A stretch of DNA of 64,000 nucleotides. Source: the human T2T-CHM13v2.0 reference genome, Homo sapiens. Shown piece by piece: positions 39,671 to 53,196 of this stretch. A program made the translations under genes and the position numbers. Under the pieces are notes generated by a model that saw nothing but the letters and a program-made list of their open reading frames with translations, was not told the origin of the DNA and ran no database searches. The stretch's first letter is position 1. Each line of letters starts with the position of its first letter. The stretch lies in the NCBI RefSeq assembly GCF_009914755.1, contig NC_060932.1. One strand, written 5' to 3'.

Positions 39671-41065
39671 ATGACACATCTTCTAAATTATTTTATTCAT
39701 CCATTTAGGGGAAAGGTATTTTATCAAATGACTTTTTACATAATGTGTAACCATGTTAGCATGTATAATCATGACTACACAAAAAAAACAGTACAAAAGA
39801 CACTCATTGCCAAGTTATGTCAAAGACCTAAGTGGCTTCACAATCTATCCACCTTTTTCTTCTGTTTGGCTTATTTGAATGACCGTGCTTTTGTATCCTT
39901 CCATCTGGGGCAGTGGCATGGTGAGGGCTGTGTTGTGATGGATGGGGTTGTCAGAAACCCACTGAGTATTTAGATACTGCATGAGTGCATTACATTTACA
40001 AACAGCTGCATGACAAGGAAGTGTGATTGCCTCCTCTTTTATGTTCTTCTGCATGTTAAGGAAACCAGCTACTGACTGGAGAGTCACTTGATTTTTAAAA
40101 TGATATATTTTCCTTTCCTTTTCCTCCCACCAGTTTTGTGCTTCTTGATTATAGTGGAAGCAAACTCCCAATGTTTTTTTCCACAAAAGTTTTAGTCTAA
40201 GGATGAAATATATGTTTTTCAGCTAGTCTTGGATAATCCAGATTAGCAAAGACAACACAATTAGAATCAAGTCTATACCATAAACAACAACAAAAAACCA
40301 TTGACGAGAAGAGACATAGAGAATGAATACTTATTATAAAAAACACTGTACCCCATTTCTTGCTCACGGATTAAAGAAATCAGCCGTTCTCTCTTATGAG
40401 GCCCATTTTTTATTATGTGTGTGTGGCTTCAGGGGCTCAATGTATTTAAATGAGAGAACAGGACAAGCATGGGAGTCCCCAGGCATTTTCCTCTACTTGC
40501 AATACAAAGAACATCTAATCATAGACATTTCCTTTAAGAAATTGTTTCTACTCAGTACCCGTGTCTTGAAGAGGATAGGTTTTTTATCCTTGAGATATAC
40601 ATTTCTTGACCCAATACTTTACACTTCCGACACAACGAAGAAAGCAGTTACCATACTGTTAACTCCTTTGGTATTCTCTATTTGGGGAGGCAGGGATGTA
40701 AGTAAGGTTCTCTGGATTTATAAATACTGTAGTGGAAATGTGTGCTGCGTTGGTTGGTTAGAGAGTAGTCTCTTCCTAATAGGCCCCAGTTTTCTTTTGT
40801 ATATGGCCTTTTCACCATTGCATATGGTCCCCTTGGGAAGGCAGTTCAGGTGCTCACTAGAGAAGGTAAAAGAGACCAGGTTCTTTCCTTCCTGAGTAAG
40901 CAGGTGACCAAAAGGAATTCTCTTCTGAGGCTTCAAAAATAGGTAAGTAAAGCCTTGACAGAGGCAATGGTGGCAGATTTCTTTTAAATCCCTGTGGTAT
41001 GGGGGTCCAAAACAAGTTAAAGTATGGAAATGGATTTCTGTTTCCTATTTTTATGTACACATACA

Positions 41066-41067
<2 letters not shown>

Positions 41068-41108
<41 letters not shown>
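41068..41108. repeat. (CA)n microsatellite
   Basis: About 20 perfect CA units. Confidence 0.97.
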
Positions 41109-41110
<2 letters not shown>

Positions 41111-41799
41111 ATACACAGGCAAAACCCAGTGAGGTATCTGTTCCAGTCCTCAAAAATTGAACATTTACAGTGAACTTGTGTGAAAAAATAGTGGCATGAC
41201 AGATGTTTTTATGTAAAAAAGAAGCTATATCCAGTGGCTTCCCATAAATTCCTATTGTTTTATTTAAGATTCTCAGCACTTTTGAAATGGTTTAGCATGC
41301 TGTCTTCATTCTCACATATTTGAAACTCTTAAGTCTGTGTGGGAGACAGGTCTCCCAGGATGAGACCAGATGAGAACAGACCACCTCTTATCCTACTTCC
41401 CTTGATGATTTGAGATTTTTTTTTTGAGAGCCTACATGACAACGTTTTCCTTTGAAAAAACTTGTTTATAGCCAAGAACATTCTGTTATATCCTTCAGGC
41501 ATTCTTGACAAACAATAGTTTCAGATTTAGATGCTTAAACATAAAAACTTAGTGCCGAGATTGTATTGACTTGAGAATAGAGATAAGTAAGCACAATAAA
41601 CATCTCTTCTTCATGACATCAGAAAGTTGCTTAAAGTGTTAGAATTATTTTAAAAGAATGAAAATATGATATTTTTCTGGGTAATTTAATACAAGGAAAC
41701 TATGTACTTTATAATTTTATTACTTTCCTAGATTTTTATTTTTAAAATGAGGAAATAAAAATTAATGATAAGTGCCCTTTGTTTTCCAAGTAGTATAAA

Positions 41800-42330
41800 A
41801 CTAAACTAAACTTAAATAATACAGAAGGATTTATTAGATTGGGGTGTGTGTGTGCACGTGTGTGTCACACATGAGTCAGGCTTCAGGCATAGTTTGATTC
41901 TTGGGACTAAATTATTACTGGGGTTCTGTCTCTGCCTCTTTGAATTTGTCTTGGTTTTTTTTCCTCCTTCTATGGTATGTTCTTTAGGATAGCTTCCCAC
42001 ATAATAGAAAAAAATGACTTCAGCAGTCCCAGGTGTGACTGTCATACCCACATATCATCTATAGGAAGTTAACTTACCTTTGTCCTCCAACTCCAAGAAG
42101 AAGACCTAGGATTCGGTCTGACTGGTCTGGATTAGCTCACATGCCCACCGGAAACCAATCACTGTAGCCAGATTGCTGGGATGTGCTGATTGACTTGTGT
42201 AGGTCATGTGTCCCATCTCTGGAGCAATAATGGCCTCAGCTTCTCTAAAACCACATGAATCCCTAAAAGAAGCTATTGGGAAGTGGAAAATGCAGAAAAG
42301 TACACAGCTCAGGCAACCAACAAGTGTCCA
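41800..42330 (-). mobile_element. Old MLT1 (J/K-like) MaLR LTR
   Basis: GGCTTCAGGCATAGTTTGATTC, CTGACTGGTCTGGATTAGCTCACATGCCCAC and AACCAATCACTGTAGCCAG. Confidence 0.7.
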
Positions 42331-43169
42331 GTCACCTCCATTGTATTTCCACTGTAAATTAGGAACAAGAACTACAGCTAGATGTGTGGTTCAAGGTTCA
42401 CCCATGCCATCCATCACTTTGTGCAACAGCTTTGGTGTGTGAAGCAACAGAAAGAAGTCATATAATGGCCAGGGAAAACTATTCATTGTGGCTTGTCCCT
42501 GAATGTCTCAGAATGTTGGCCTCATGAGTGCCCTAGAAGTATTAGACCAAGAAACACTAATCCTCACTAACAGGACTTATGAGACTCTGATGTAGAACTC
42601 AAAAAGCCTGTTGATCCAATAAAATAAAAACATCTTTGTTTTCAAAGTGACTAGATACTTGCCAGCTATGAGAAAAGCCACATTATTATCAGAAGGATGT
42701 TTACTATACTTGGAACCAAAAGAGGCATGGTTAGTTTTATATTTCAAATATTTATGGCATCAGGTCATTATAGTCAGATGTCCTCACCTTGTCTACAAGA
42801 TGTGAGTGGATGAGTCCTTGATCAGGCACAGGCTTAGACAGGCACTGACCATGTTTGCCTCATTGTCTCCCCCATTCCTAGGCTTTATGGCTGCTAATAC
42901 CTTTTCCTGAATGACTCTTTTATTCTCTAGATAAACTTAAACCTTAAATTAAGTCTTTTTGTCTAGGATTTACTCTATCTCTTTATATTCATAGTATGTG
43001 TCCATTTAAAGTTTAATTCTATACAGTCAATTTTATCTAAAAAAATTGATTTTTTCTCCTATATACCATGTAAATGTCATACTTTACAGGTTTTTATAGA
43101 ATTAAATACTTTAATACATGTAAATGGAAGTAATACCTGTTGGGTATCTACTATAGCCAACTGGTTTAC

Positions 43170-43350
43170 TGGTCATAACACATGCCCTATGTTATCTTAT
43201 TTATACTTTGCAATAGCCATGTGATTTTACAGAAAAAGATACTAATGTTCAAAAAAGTCTAGCAGCTTTCTCAAGGTCCAACGGTTAGTAAATGATGAGG
43301 TGGGATTCAACTCCATCTTTGTCTGATTCCAGCGTCAGAGGTCTATGCAT
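43170..43350 (-). mobile_element. MIR SINE
   Basis: ATTTTACAGAAAAAGATACT...TCAAGGTC...GGGATTCAACTCCA...GTCTGATTCCAG. Confidence 0.6.
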
Positions 43351-43743
43351 GTAAACACTGTGGGGAAATATTAAGATCAAGTTTGTGTTTCTCACAATTC
43401 CTTATTAAACTGCTGAAAAGCAAAATTCTTCATGTCTAAAGACAATGGCAATTCTTAATTCATTATTTCAAATTTAATTGAAAAGTATTAATTTAGTTTA
43501 TTTTTTCTATGCATAGAGTAAACAAGTCCCTATAAAGCAGAATGTACAGTAATGACCAAGAAACCATCATGAAAACAGAAAAGAGAGAAGTGTTTCAAGA
43601 AAACCAAGGGTACAATCTTTATGACTTGCCACACATGAAAAAGGAAGGGACCAAAGAGATGGAAGAGCTAAAGTAAATAGCAGAATATCTACCTAGGGTC
43701 TTGTCTCTCTTAGGTGACCTCCATAGTGTCGGGGAGCTAGCTA

Positions 43744-44084
43744 TAGTCATGCATCACTTAATGACAGGGATACATCCTAAGAAATGTGTTGTTAGGCAAT
43801 TTCATCATTATGCAGTCATTGAGTGTTCTTACACAAACCCAGATGGTAGTGCCTACTACATGCTTAGGCTATATGGTATAGTCTGTTTCTCCTAGGCTAC
43901 AAACCTGTACAGTATGTTACTGTACTGAATACTATAGGCAGTTGTAACACAATGGTAAGTATTTGTGCATCTAAACATATTCAAACAGGAAAAGTACAGT
44001 AAAAATTTGGTTTTATAATTTTATGGGACTGCCATTGTATATGCAGTCCATTGTTGACAGACATCATTCTGCAGCATATGACTG
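43744..44084 (-). mobile_element. Tigger3a/MER7-like non-autonomous DNA transposon
   Basis: Termini TAGTCATGCATCACTTAATGAC ... GCAGCATATGACTG with TA flanks. Interior CCTAGGCTACAAACCTGTACAG. Confidence 0.9.
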
Positions 44085-46259
44085 TATTTGAATGTGTTGC
44101 TCTCTGGTTTAAAACCTAGAAATCACCTGTGAATTACCTCTGGCACTATAAAAAATAATTTCCAGGTTCTAGTGGAAGGATTAAATCAGTCTTTTGTTTG
44201 TTGGTGTGTTGGCAGGGAGGGGACTTATTTATGAAAAGCTCTCGATGTTACTTTGTTGTGAAGTTATGCAGCCAGGGCTAACTACTGGGGTAGAGAATAA
44301 TGTCCACCCTTCTTAGCAAACACACACAAATGCCTGCAATCTGAACCTCCTCCACCTATCGCTCTGGCCACATCCAGACATATGGAGGAACTCAAAATTC
44401 CCCAAATAAGTCGGACTCTTGTGGCCTGGGCCTTGGCTCATGCTGTCTGTAGACCTGGAATTCCTGCCTGCTGCCTGTCTGCCAGGTGAACTTATGCAAA
44501 AAACAGCTCAGCAGTCCTTGTTTATTTCCTCAGAAGCAGATGTAACTGTTACCTTCTTTATAAGATCAATGCTATTTTTGCAAACATCCACCATCCTGTT
44601 CTTATTTGTCCATGTGTCAGACTCCCTCTACTAATGAAGCTCTTTGTGCCCAGAACTGCCACAATTTGCATTAATTAAATGAATGATTGCAGGTATCCTG
44701 CTTGGGGATGGGGGCGAGAGAATGGTATCACTGTTGTTAGAAACACTAAACGTAATAAATGGCAAGGAAGTGAATAATTAACTACTTAATTGCAATTAAA
44801 AGTTTCTGGTGCCTGGCTATAAATTTGCTTAACATGTGGAGGGGTAGATTTTGATTGGACATGATCAGCTAGTACCAGGTGGACAATCAGGCAGGGATGC
44901 CCAGCAAATCTCTGTAAATGGGGAGTGAGCTCAGTTGTAGAAGATATTCCAATGAGAGACTAGCCGGAAGGGAAGAGGCATTAGGATTGTGAAAATCCTT
45001 TAAAATTGTTACCTACTTTACAGAGAAGAACAGATGGTCTTGCTCTGCTGCGCCAATCACAAAACCGCCACGTAAGGATAATTAAAGTGGGGGACAGGTC
45101 TGGCATCCAGTTCTTCAGTCAACATTCTCCTCCCCAAATCTTAGACTAAATTGTAAGACACACAGGCGTCCACATGAAGCGTCTGCACAGGCTTCCTTCA
45201 AGTGCTGAGGAACAGTGTAGTCTTTGCTCAGCTTTTGTCTGGGAGCATGGAAGTTAATTATATTTTTCATGTTAATATTTTGGAGTTTCAGTATGACCCT
45301 CTGCGAAATGAGGTTATGAATATGTAACCTACCTATCTTAAAGGATTATTACATGCATTAATATATGCCAAAGAGCTTTGTAGACTGCAAAGTGATGTAA
45401 AAATTAGAAGTGATTTTTTCCCACCGTAGCAAGACCTTTATCCTGTGTCAATTCAATTACATTGCCAAATATCACTGATTTATGCTCCTTTATTCATGAT
45501 CTATACACCCATATTTATAAATCACTATGATAGGTATTCACAAAAATAATTGAATAATTTATTGCAAATCAAAGTTAATGCTTTTTCTTATGGCCTTCTA
45601 TTTAGACAGAGTATATGCATTTTTCTTCTGACTAAAGCTTGAGAAATTCATCCAAACTTTATGGTGGCCTGATTTATGCAGGTGATGGAAAGTAGCAAGA
45701 GTAGGGCAACCATATTTAAACCACCCACACCAGTGGTATGCCAGACACCTGTGGAAATTCCATGCTGGGCTTTGAGGGCTGGGGACTCTAAGATTCCAGT
45801 GTGGGCTGGGAAGGAAGAACACCTGAACCAGCAGCTATTGTTCCCCTCTCTTGCTCACTGACAGCTGCAAGGTACACTTTCAGGACCACCAGGCAATGGC
45901 ATGCTGGTGGCAGAGGAGGTGACACTCACCTCATAGGAAGTTCCTTATAAAAGCAGGTGGACATGTCATCTCAGGCTCATCAAATCTACCTGCCATCATA
46001 GATAGACCACAGCCAGGCCAACCATGCCTTCTAGTATGGACCTTGTTATTTTGAGTTTGCTTTTAAATTAGAAAAGGGGATTTATTTGACATTGTTTTCT
46101 CTATTATCCTTTATATTTATTTAAAATACCCACCCACAAACAATACATTCCCTGCTATTCTGTTCCAATTATTCTCTGAAGAAGATTATAAGCAAAAGAG
46201 CAGCTTTTCCATAACATTCAAAAATTGCCTCTTACATGATAGGCAATGAGCTAGATTTC

Positions 46260-46430
46260 TGCAGGAAGGATATTTCATTTAATGTTCACAAAAATCTTAT
46301 GAGGTAGCTAGGTAACATTGATCCTCACCTTACAGAAGCTCAGAGAGAGTAAGTAACTTGTGCCAAGATACATAGTTAGCAAGTGGAAAGACAGAAATTT
46401 ATACCCAGATCTGTCTGACTCCAAAGAACA
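46260..46430 (-). mobile_element. MIR SINE
   Basis: AAGCTCAGAGAGAGTAAGTAACTTG...CCCAGATCTGTCTGACTCCAAAG. Confidence 0.8.
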
Positions 46431-46444
46431 CACCTGTTAGCTTA

Positions 46445-46776
<332 letters not shown>

Positions 46777-46902
46777 CTATCTTATGGGTCAAATTAAATT
46801 ACCAAAGGTTTAAAAACTAAAAATATCTCTAACTTTGTGGTTAAGTTATATGAGGTTTATGTATCCATAACCCAACTGTGGTGTAGTATATTAATAACAG
46901 TC

Positions 46903-47210
<308 letters not shown>

Positions 47211-47289
47211 TAGAAATTTTTAAGTATGATGCATAAGTGCTGGGGTCTTGTATATTTTTTGGTTTGTTTTGAATTTTTTAAATATTCAA

Positions 47290-48240
47290 TCGGTCTGATT
47301 TCCCAGGAAATAGACTCTGAAATGGACATTGTCTGGAGGACTACTGAGGTGCGTTCTCAGAAATAGCACCTGTAAGGAAGGTAGGGACGCAGGGTTAGCA
47401 GAGATCTGAGCGGTGATATATCAGGTTGGCAAAAACAACAATTACTTTTGTACCAACCTATGATTCACAGTAGATAATACCTTGTGCCATCCTCGGTGAA
47501 CTCTTCAGCTGGCATTAACCTTCAGAGTAATTCATCAAGGCAAGGATGCTGGGCCTTTGCACTCTCTTATAGAGTATTGGATGTGAGAAGGGGGCATAAC
47601 TCAGGGATACACTACTTTCTTCCACAGAGGGCAATTCTTGGAAAAGGACCCCATTGAGAGCTATGTGGTGCAGTAGAGATAGCAAGAGTGCTTTGATCAT
47701 GACAAGGCCATGGGAGGCTCATTGCAGCATGCACTGTAGTCCCCTGTGTCCTCAGGGTCCACTTGAATCATCTAATATGTTCACCTAATATGGAACCAGC
47801 TCCAGGATGCTGGATGGGCTCATTTCCTGGGGTAACTCATAAAAGGAAGGTCAGTGAGGTAAGCGGCAGGCTCCATGGCTGCACTGATTCTGAGGTCACA
47901 CCAAAAGCTAATTATATGCCAATCTTAAATCCTCTCACTTCCGCTCTTCTAGGTGATTTACCTGGTAGAATGACCCACCTGTGCATCTCTGATGTCTAGG
48001 ACTCCTCCTTAGGCCATGGTGCTACACTTGAAGATGTACCCCTAACATTGGGCCTAACTACAAGATAGTATGTCCCCCTATCCCCTGGTCTAGCTAGGCT
48101 GGTCTCTGTTGTGGTTTGCATTTCTTTATTTGACTCGATTGCTAGTTTTACTCCCTTTCTGAGTCCAAACATACCAAGATTCAAATTCAGTGAGAAAGCT
48201 TAACACACTCAGTAATATTTCTGAAGTGTCTACCCTAGAC
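47290..48240 (-). mobile_element. LTR16-like ERVL LTR plus possible adjacent internal sequence
   Basis: TTCCCAGGAAATAGACTCTGAAATGGA...CACCTGTAAGGAAG...GAGGGCAATTC. The part after about 47740 is uncertain. Confidence 0.5.
47421..47461. mobile_element. Internally deleted MADE1 (Hsmar1 MITE)
   Basis: TCAGGTTGG fused to CAAAAACAACAATTACTTTTGTACCAACCTA. TA immediately upstream. Confidence 0.8.
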
Positions 48241-48269
48241 TAGGTCCCTCACTGATGACCACACCATAA

Positions 48270-48356
48270 TCTTTGGGAGCTGTGAATATGTTATTTTGAG
48301 TGGCTAAAAAGACTTTGCAGATGTAATAAAGGTTAGGGACCCTAAAATAGGCAGAT
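48270..48356 (+). mobile_element. MLT1D/E 5' fragment
   Basis: CTGTGAATATGTTA...GACTTTGCAGATGTAATAAAGGTTAGGGACCCT. Confidence 0.65.
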
Positions 48357-48799
48357 AGTGGAGTCATTTTTCTCTTCTCATTTCCTTTAATGCTTCTTCT
48401 GTGCCTTTGCTAAGATGTTTATCACTTTCTACCTTGAATTATAGGCACTGAGGTATCAGTTACCTTCTCTAATAGGCTGTAAGAAACTTGAAGGAAGAAT
48501 CTACTTCTGCCTTATTTGTGCTGCAGTGAATTACACTGGGTAGACATTTTTAAAAAACTGTAGATTGAGCTTATGATATCATGCAATCTTCGAAATAGAT
48601 GAGTAAGAGATTTGATACGGGCTGCTCAATTCCACCCAATACTGACATTTTGTTCTCTCCCACTCTTACTGGTTGCATAATAACCAACTATCGAATAGCT
48701 TCTTAGATCATTACAATATTAATAAAGTTCATTAATTAAAATGGCCCAAGTCACCAAGATGAATATTTTATAGGCCAGTCATTTCAAACATATTAGTAC

Positions 48800-48930
48800 C
48801 ATCATTATTATATATTGATGTTATATTGATAATATAACATCATTATATTATATCAATACATTGATAATATATCATATTATATTGATAATATAATATAATG
48901 ATGTATTATATATTATCATTGAATAATTTA
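48800..48930. repeat. AT-rich low-complexity (TAATATA/ATTGATA-like) repeat
   Basis: Recurrent CATTATATTATA and TATTGATAATAT units. Confidence 0.75.
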
Positions 48931-49584
48931 TCAAAAATATCTAGAAAATAGTTAATCCATGCTATATAAATTTTTTTCTATTAACCTAGGTATATAGATT
49001 GTTGAAAACATTATTTTGAGTTAGTGTTGTGATTTATCACATAACACATGAATACTAATTTAGCTAATAAATGTGTCATGTATCTAGTGAATAAGGCTGG
49101 AACACAAACAGGACATTTTTGTAACATTCCATACCAAGTGGTAGCTCTTAAGATATATGAAAAAAGGAGCAACAGTGCCTTGTGGTAAAGGATGAGTAAC
49201 AGGCCAGAACCAGAGACCTTCCAGAAAGAGATAATTAGAGATCCCAGATTGGGACTGACAAGTTTGAAAGCCATGCTGTTCAACCCAGACAGGTTGAGAA
49301 CAGAGAAAATCATATATTCCAATATCCAGACTAATAGCAGCAAAGAGGTCATTTGTCAGAATTAAAGGGGCAGCACAAAATGGCAGAAGAGTAGATTTGA
49401 GGATTCACTAAAAATGGGAACCTTGGAAACTGAGGCCATTTCTGACAAGAATCATCATATGCTTCCCATACAGAAGTAAGCAAAGCCTAGGGGACACATC
49501 CAGAGTTTGTAGTGGGAGGTGAAAGGGTGCATCTAGCAGACGTGAGAGACAATAGGACAGAAAAATGGCCAACTCTTTGCAGCA

Positions 49585-50628
49585 CAGTAAGTAGATGGAT
49601 CCTCCAAAGATGACCTCATCCTAATATTTGGGACTTGTGAACATGTTGCCTTGAATGGTGTATTAGTCCATTCTCGAACTGCTATAAATAAATATCTGAG
49701 ACTAGGTATTTATAAAGAAAAGGGATTTAATTGGCTCATGGTTCCATAGGTTGTACAGGAAGCATAGCAGCTTCTGCTTCTGGGGAGGTGTCAGGAAATT
49801 TGGAATCATGACAGAAGGTGAAGGGGAAGCAGACACATCTTACATGGCCAGAGCAGAAGGGAAAGAGAGAGAGCAAGGAGGTGCTACACACTTTTAAACA
49901 ACCAGATCTCATGAGAACTCATTCACTATCATGAGAATAGCAGGGGTGGTGTTAAACCATTCATGAGAAAAACCTCATGATCTAATCACCTCCCACCAGG
50001 CCCTACCTCCAACACTGGGGATTACAATTCAACATGATATTTGGGGTGGGGACACAGATTCAAGCAATATCACATGGCAAAAAATAACTTCGCAGGTATA
50101 ATAAAGTTCAGGGACCTTAAATAATAATCCTGGATTATCTAGGTGAGCTTTATCTAATAGTCACATGATCCTTTAAAAGCAGAGAATGTCTTCAGCTGGG
50201 AGGAGAGATTGGCAAGATGCAGTTGAAGGGGAGGTCAGATAGATTGAAAGCATGAGAGGGACTTGACCCATCATTGCTGACTCTGAAGGTGAAGAAGACC
50301 TAGAACCAGGGAATGCAAAAGCCTCTAGAAGCTTAGAGTAACCCCGGGCTAACAGTCAGCAAGGAAACTTGGAACTCAGTCCTACAAGCACTTGGAACTG
50401 AATTGTAGCACTAAACGAAATGAGCCTGGAGGTGGATTCTTCTCAAAGCCTCCAGGAGAAAAACACAGCCCTGCTGACATGTTGATTTTAGATTTGTGGA
50501 ACTCTAAGCACAATTCCAGCCAAAACCATCTGTTTTCCTACCTGCAGAGCTGTGAGATAGTAAATTTGTGTTGTTTTAAACCATTGAAATTATGTCAGTT
50601 GTTATAGCAGGCATAGAAAACTAATATA
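49585..50628 (+). mobile_element. MLT1D/E LTR split by a nested MSTA
   Basis: GGGACTTGTGAACATGTTGCC, interrupted, then CAGCAAGGAAAC...CTCAGTCCTACAAGCAC...GAAAACTAATATA. Confidence 0.85.
49659..50072 (-). mobile_element. MSTA MaLR solo LTR nested in MLT1
   Basis: TGTATTAGTCCATTCT...CACCTCCCACCAGGCCCTACCTCCAACAC...ATATCA. Flanks AATGG/CATGG. Confidence 0.92.
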
Positions 50629-50901
50629 GATAGTAAAAGACATCTTATAATTGACCCATTCATGACTTAAAAAGGATTTTGTCTATTAGTCTCTCTTTTA
50701 CTTTGTTTCCCTGTTTAAAATATTAAAATGTCAAGATACTGGGAAATTTAGTATTATGCTGTTATCAGAAATGGGACAAAAGTGACTTCATTATTTCTTT
50801 GGACATACTCTGTAGAACCCTTACATTATATGATAGGATTTTCTAATGTCTTCTGCCCTAAAATTCAGTAAAGAAAAATGTAATGCGTGATTTGAAGGCT
50901 G

Positions 50902-50920
50902 GTGTGTGTGTGTGTGTGTG
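50902..50920. repeat. (TG)n microsatellite
   Basis: About 9 TG units. Confidence 0.85.
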
Positions 50921-52149
50921 CACTTTAATGTCTCTTTACAAAAATGCTTCACCAAACTTTTATACTAAATCATTTTGAAAAATAATTATCCACTCAGTTA
51001 TATAAATTTTCCTTGCTGATTTTTATTTAATTGTAACCAATTTTGCTTCCAATTATAGCAATTGGTATTGTACAGGAAAGTTATAAAGATAAGTAATTGT
51101 TTTTAGTGAATCGAGCAACCTCATATATATTTTTGAGATTTCCTTCCTATACTTTTATGAGACAGTAGCAACTGAACATAAACTTTTGTAATATGAAATT
51201 AAAATTAGAATTATTTCAATAAGGGAGAACAGCAATTCTGGTGACTATTTAGCCCCTTGATGTTGAATCATGCCATACCACACCTGAATCGTCCCACTTG
51301 ATTAGAGCAACCATTCAAGATACTCAGTGCCAATCCTGTCTCAATAATCTGTACTTGCTCTGAATATCCATTTAAAAAGTGGATAAAATGCTAATAATGC
51401 TTTAGAAATTGTGTTTGTAACTGCAGTGTTATTAAATGATGCCTTAGACTAGATGTATTTTGGAAAGAACTTTGAGATTATTGAATGAGAGGTTATAGTA
51501 AATGAACTTTCACATTCCCTTTCCCTTCCTAAAGAAAAAATATTCATTTCATGGATTTAGTCTACCTTTGAGATTCTTAGTCTTTTCTAGGGAGTTCTAG
51601 ACATAGAGTTGATACTCAGTTAATTTTTCTTTTATTCTCAAAAACATAGGCTTTCAAATTTAATTTCCTTATTTTTTCAGATTGTGGTTTACCAGTAAAA
51701 CTATTCTGGAGTGGTATAAGAAAAACCAGACCGTGTGGCCATTTATCTTCTTTTTGATTCAAAGTGATTAAGTGGGTTGAAGGCAGGGGAGATGGACTTT
51801 CAAAACAGAGTGTTAGAAAATCATGTTATTTTTATGTATTTGTTTAATAAATAAGTTTATGTATATAAATCACTAAAGGGAAAATCATTCTAATGATCTT
51901 CTATGTCATTAGAATATGACTTTATATATACTCCCAGATAACATACTTGAATATTGGTCATGCCGCTTTATAAATGTATAATCTTGAGTAATTATTTAAA
52001 CTTATCTTGGTCTTTAAAATTAGGATTATAAGAATCAGGCTCAAAACTGCTCTCAGAGGCAGGCTGCCTTTGAAGCATCTGCTTTCTTAGACAAATTAGG
52101 AGTTTCAAATGAGGAAAGAAGAAACCAGGTTTTTAAAGAGATAGAAAGT

Positions 52150-53150
52150 AGGAAAATGGTGGATAGGAAGCAGGACTAAATTGCAGCTCCTACTCGGAGG
52201 GACAGAGTAGCATGTGGAGACACATCATGAACTTTTGCTCCAAGAACTACTGCAGGAACATACCAGGAAAGCCAAGAGAATCCACCAACCCTTTGAAGGA
52301 AGCAGATTGCTCCTGGACCCGGAGAGACAGCCCAAATACTGTGAGTGTCCAAAGTGTGGAAGTAGGAAAAGGGGATCGTTCCCCCTTGAACACACACCCT
52401 CACTGGGAAACCTAAAGATCCAGATTACAGGAAGGACTTGACCTTACCTGGAGATGAGATAATTCAGAGAGCCAAGCAAAATACAGGAGTAGAGGAAGCA
52501 GCAGGAAGAGCTCTGTGGGCTCTCTCAGTCCCCAGGGAAGCCATTTCTGGTCTCACAGGGGTCCTTGGGGAGGGCTGCCAGGGGAACTGGGAAAAGACCA
52601 CAGGAAGAAGGAAGCCTCCAGCTGAACTCTGTAACAATTCCAAACGATTGCACAGTTTCTTGGACAGAACGTGGGGGAGGGGTTGAATACAAAGTGCAGA
52701 TGTGGGCAGGTGGGGAGGCATGAAACCTGAAAGCTCTGCTTGCTTTCTCAGTCAGGAGGCTGGTAGCCTGGGGTGCTGCTCGCCCACTGCCTGGAAACGA
52801 ACTAGATGCTTTTGAGGTGGAGGGTGGGGAGTGCAATATGGGAGTGAGACTGGCCTTTTAAGTTGCATGGGAGTGGGGTGATGCCTGTAACTGCCAGCTT
52901 TCCCCCACTTCCCTGGCAACCTGCATTACACAGCAGAGGCAGCCATAATCTTCCTGGGAACATAACTCCATTGACCTGGGAACCACACCCCCATCCCTCA
53001 AAGCAGCTGCAGCAAGCCCTACCCAAGGAGAATCTGAGCTCAGACACACCTAACTCTGCCCCAACCTGATGGTCTTTCTCTACCCACCCTGGTAGCTAAA
53101 GACAAAAGCCATATTTTCTTGGAAGTTCTAGGGCCCTGCTCAGCACCTGA
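52150..53150 (+). mobile_element. L1PB(a)-type 5'UTR without ORF1/ORF2
   Basis: AAAATGGTGGATAGGAAGCAGGACTA...TGAACTTTTGCTCCAAGAACTACTGCAGGAACATACCAGGAAAGCC and GGAACATAACTCCATTGACCTG match recalled L1PBa 5' end. Confidence 0.85.
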
Positions 53151-53196
53151 TCCAATTTATAATTTCCAAGTAGTAATTTGCCAATTATGTGTCAGG

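Noticed and set aside
40323-40895. Longest ORF (190 aa)
   Set aside because: No recognisable domain, and the Leu/Phe/Ser/Cys-rich composition is typical of AT-rich non-coding DNA. The length is plausible by chance in 64 kb of six frames.
48270-48356. Similarity to 49630-50120 suggesting a local duplication
   Set aside because: Both are diverged copies of the same MLT1D/E 5' region, so family homology is enough to explain it.
52176-53069. Dense cluster of overlapping ORFs
   Set aside because: Caused by the higher GC content of the L1PB 5'UTR. None resembles ORF1p.
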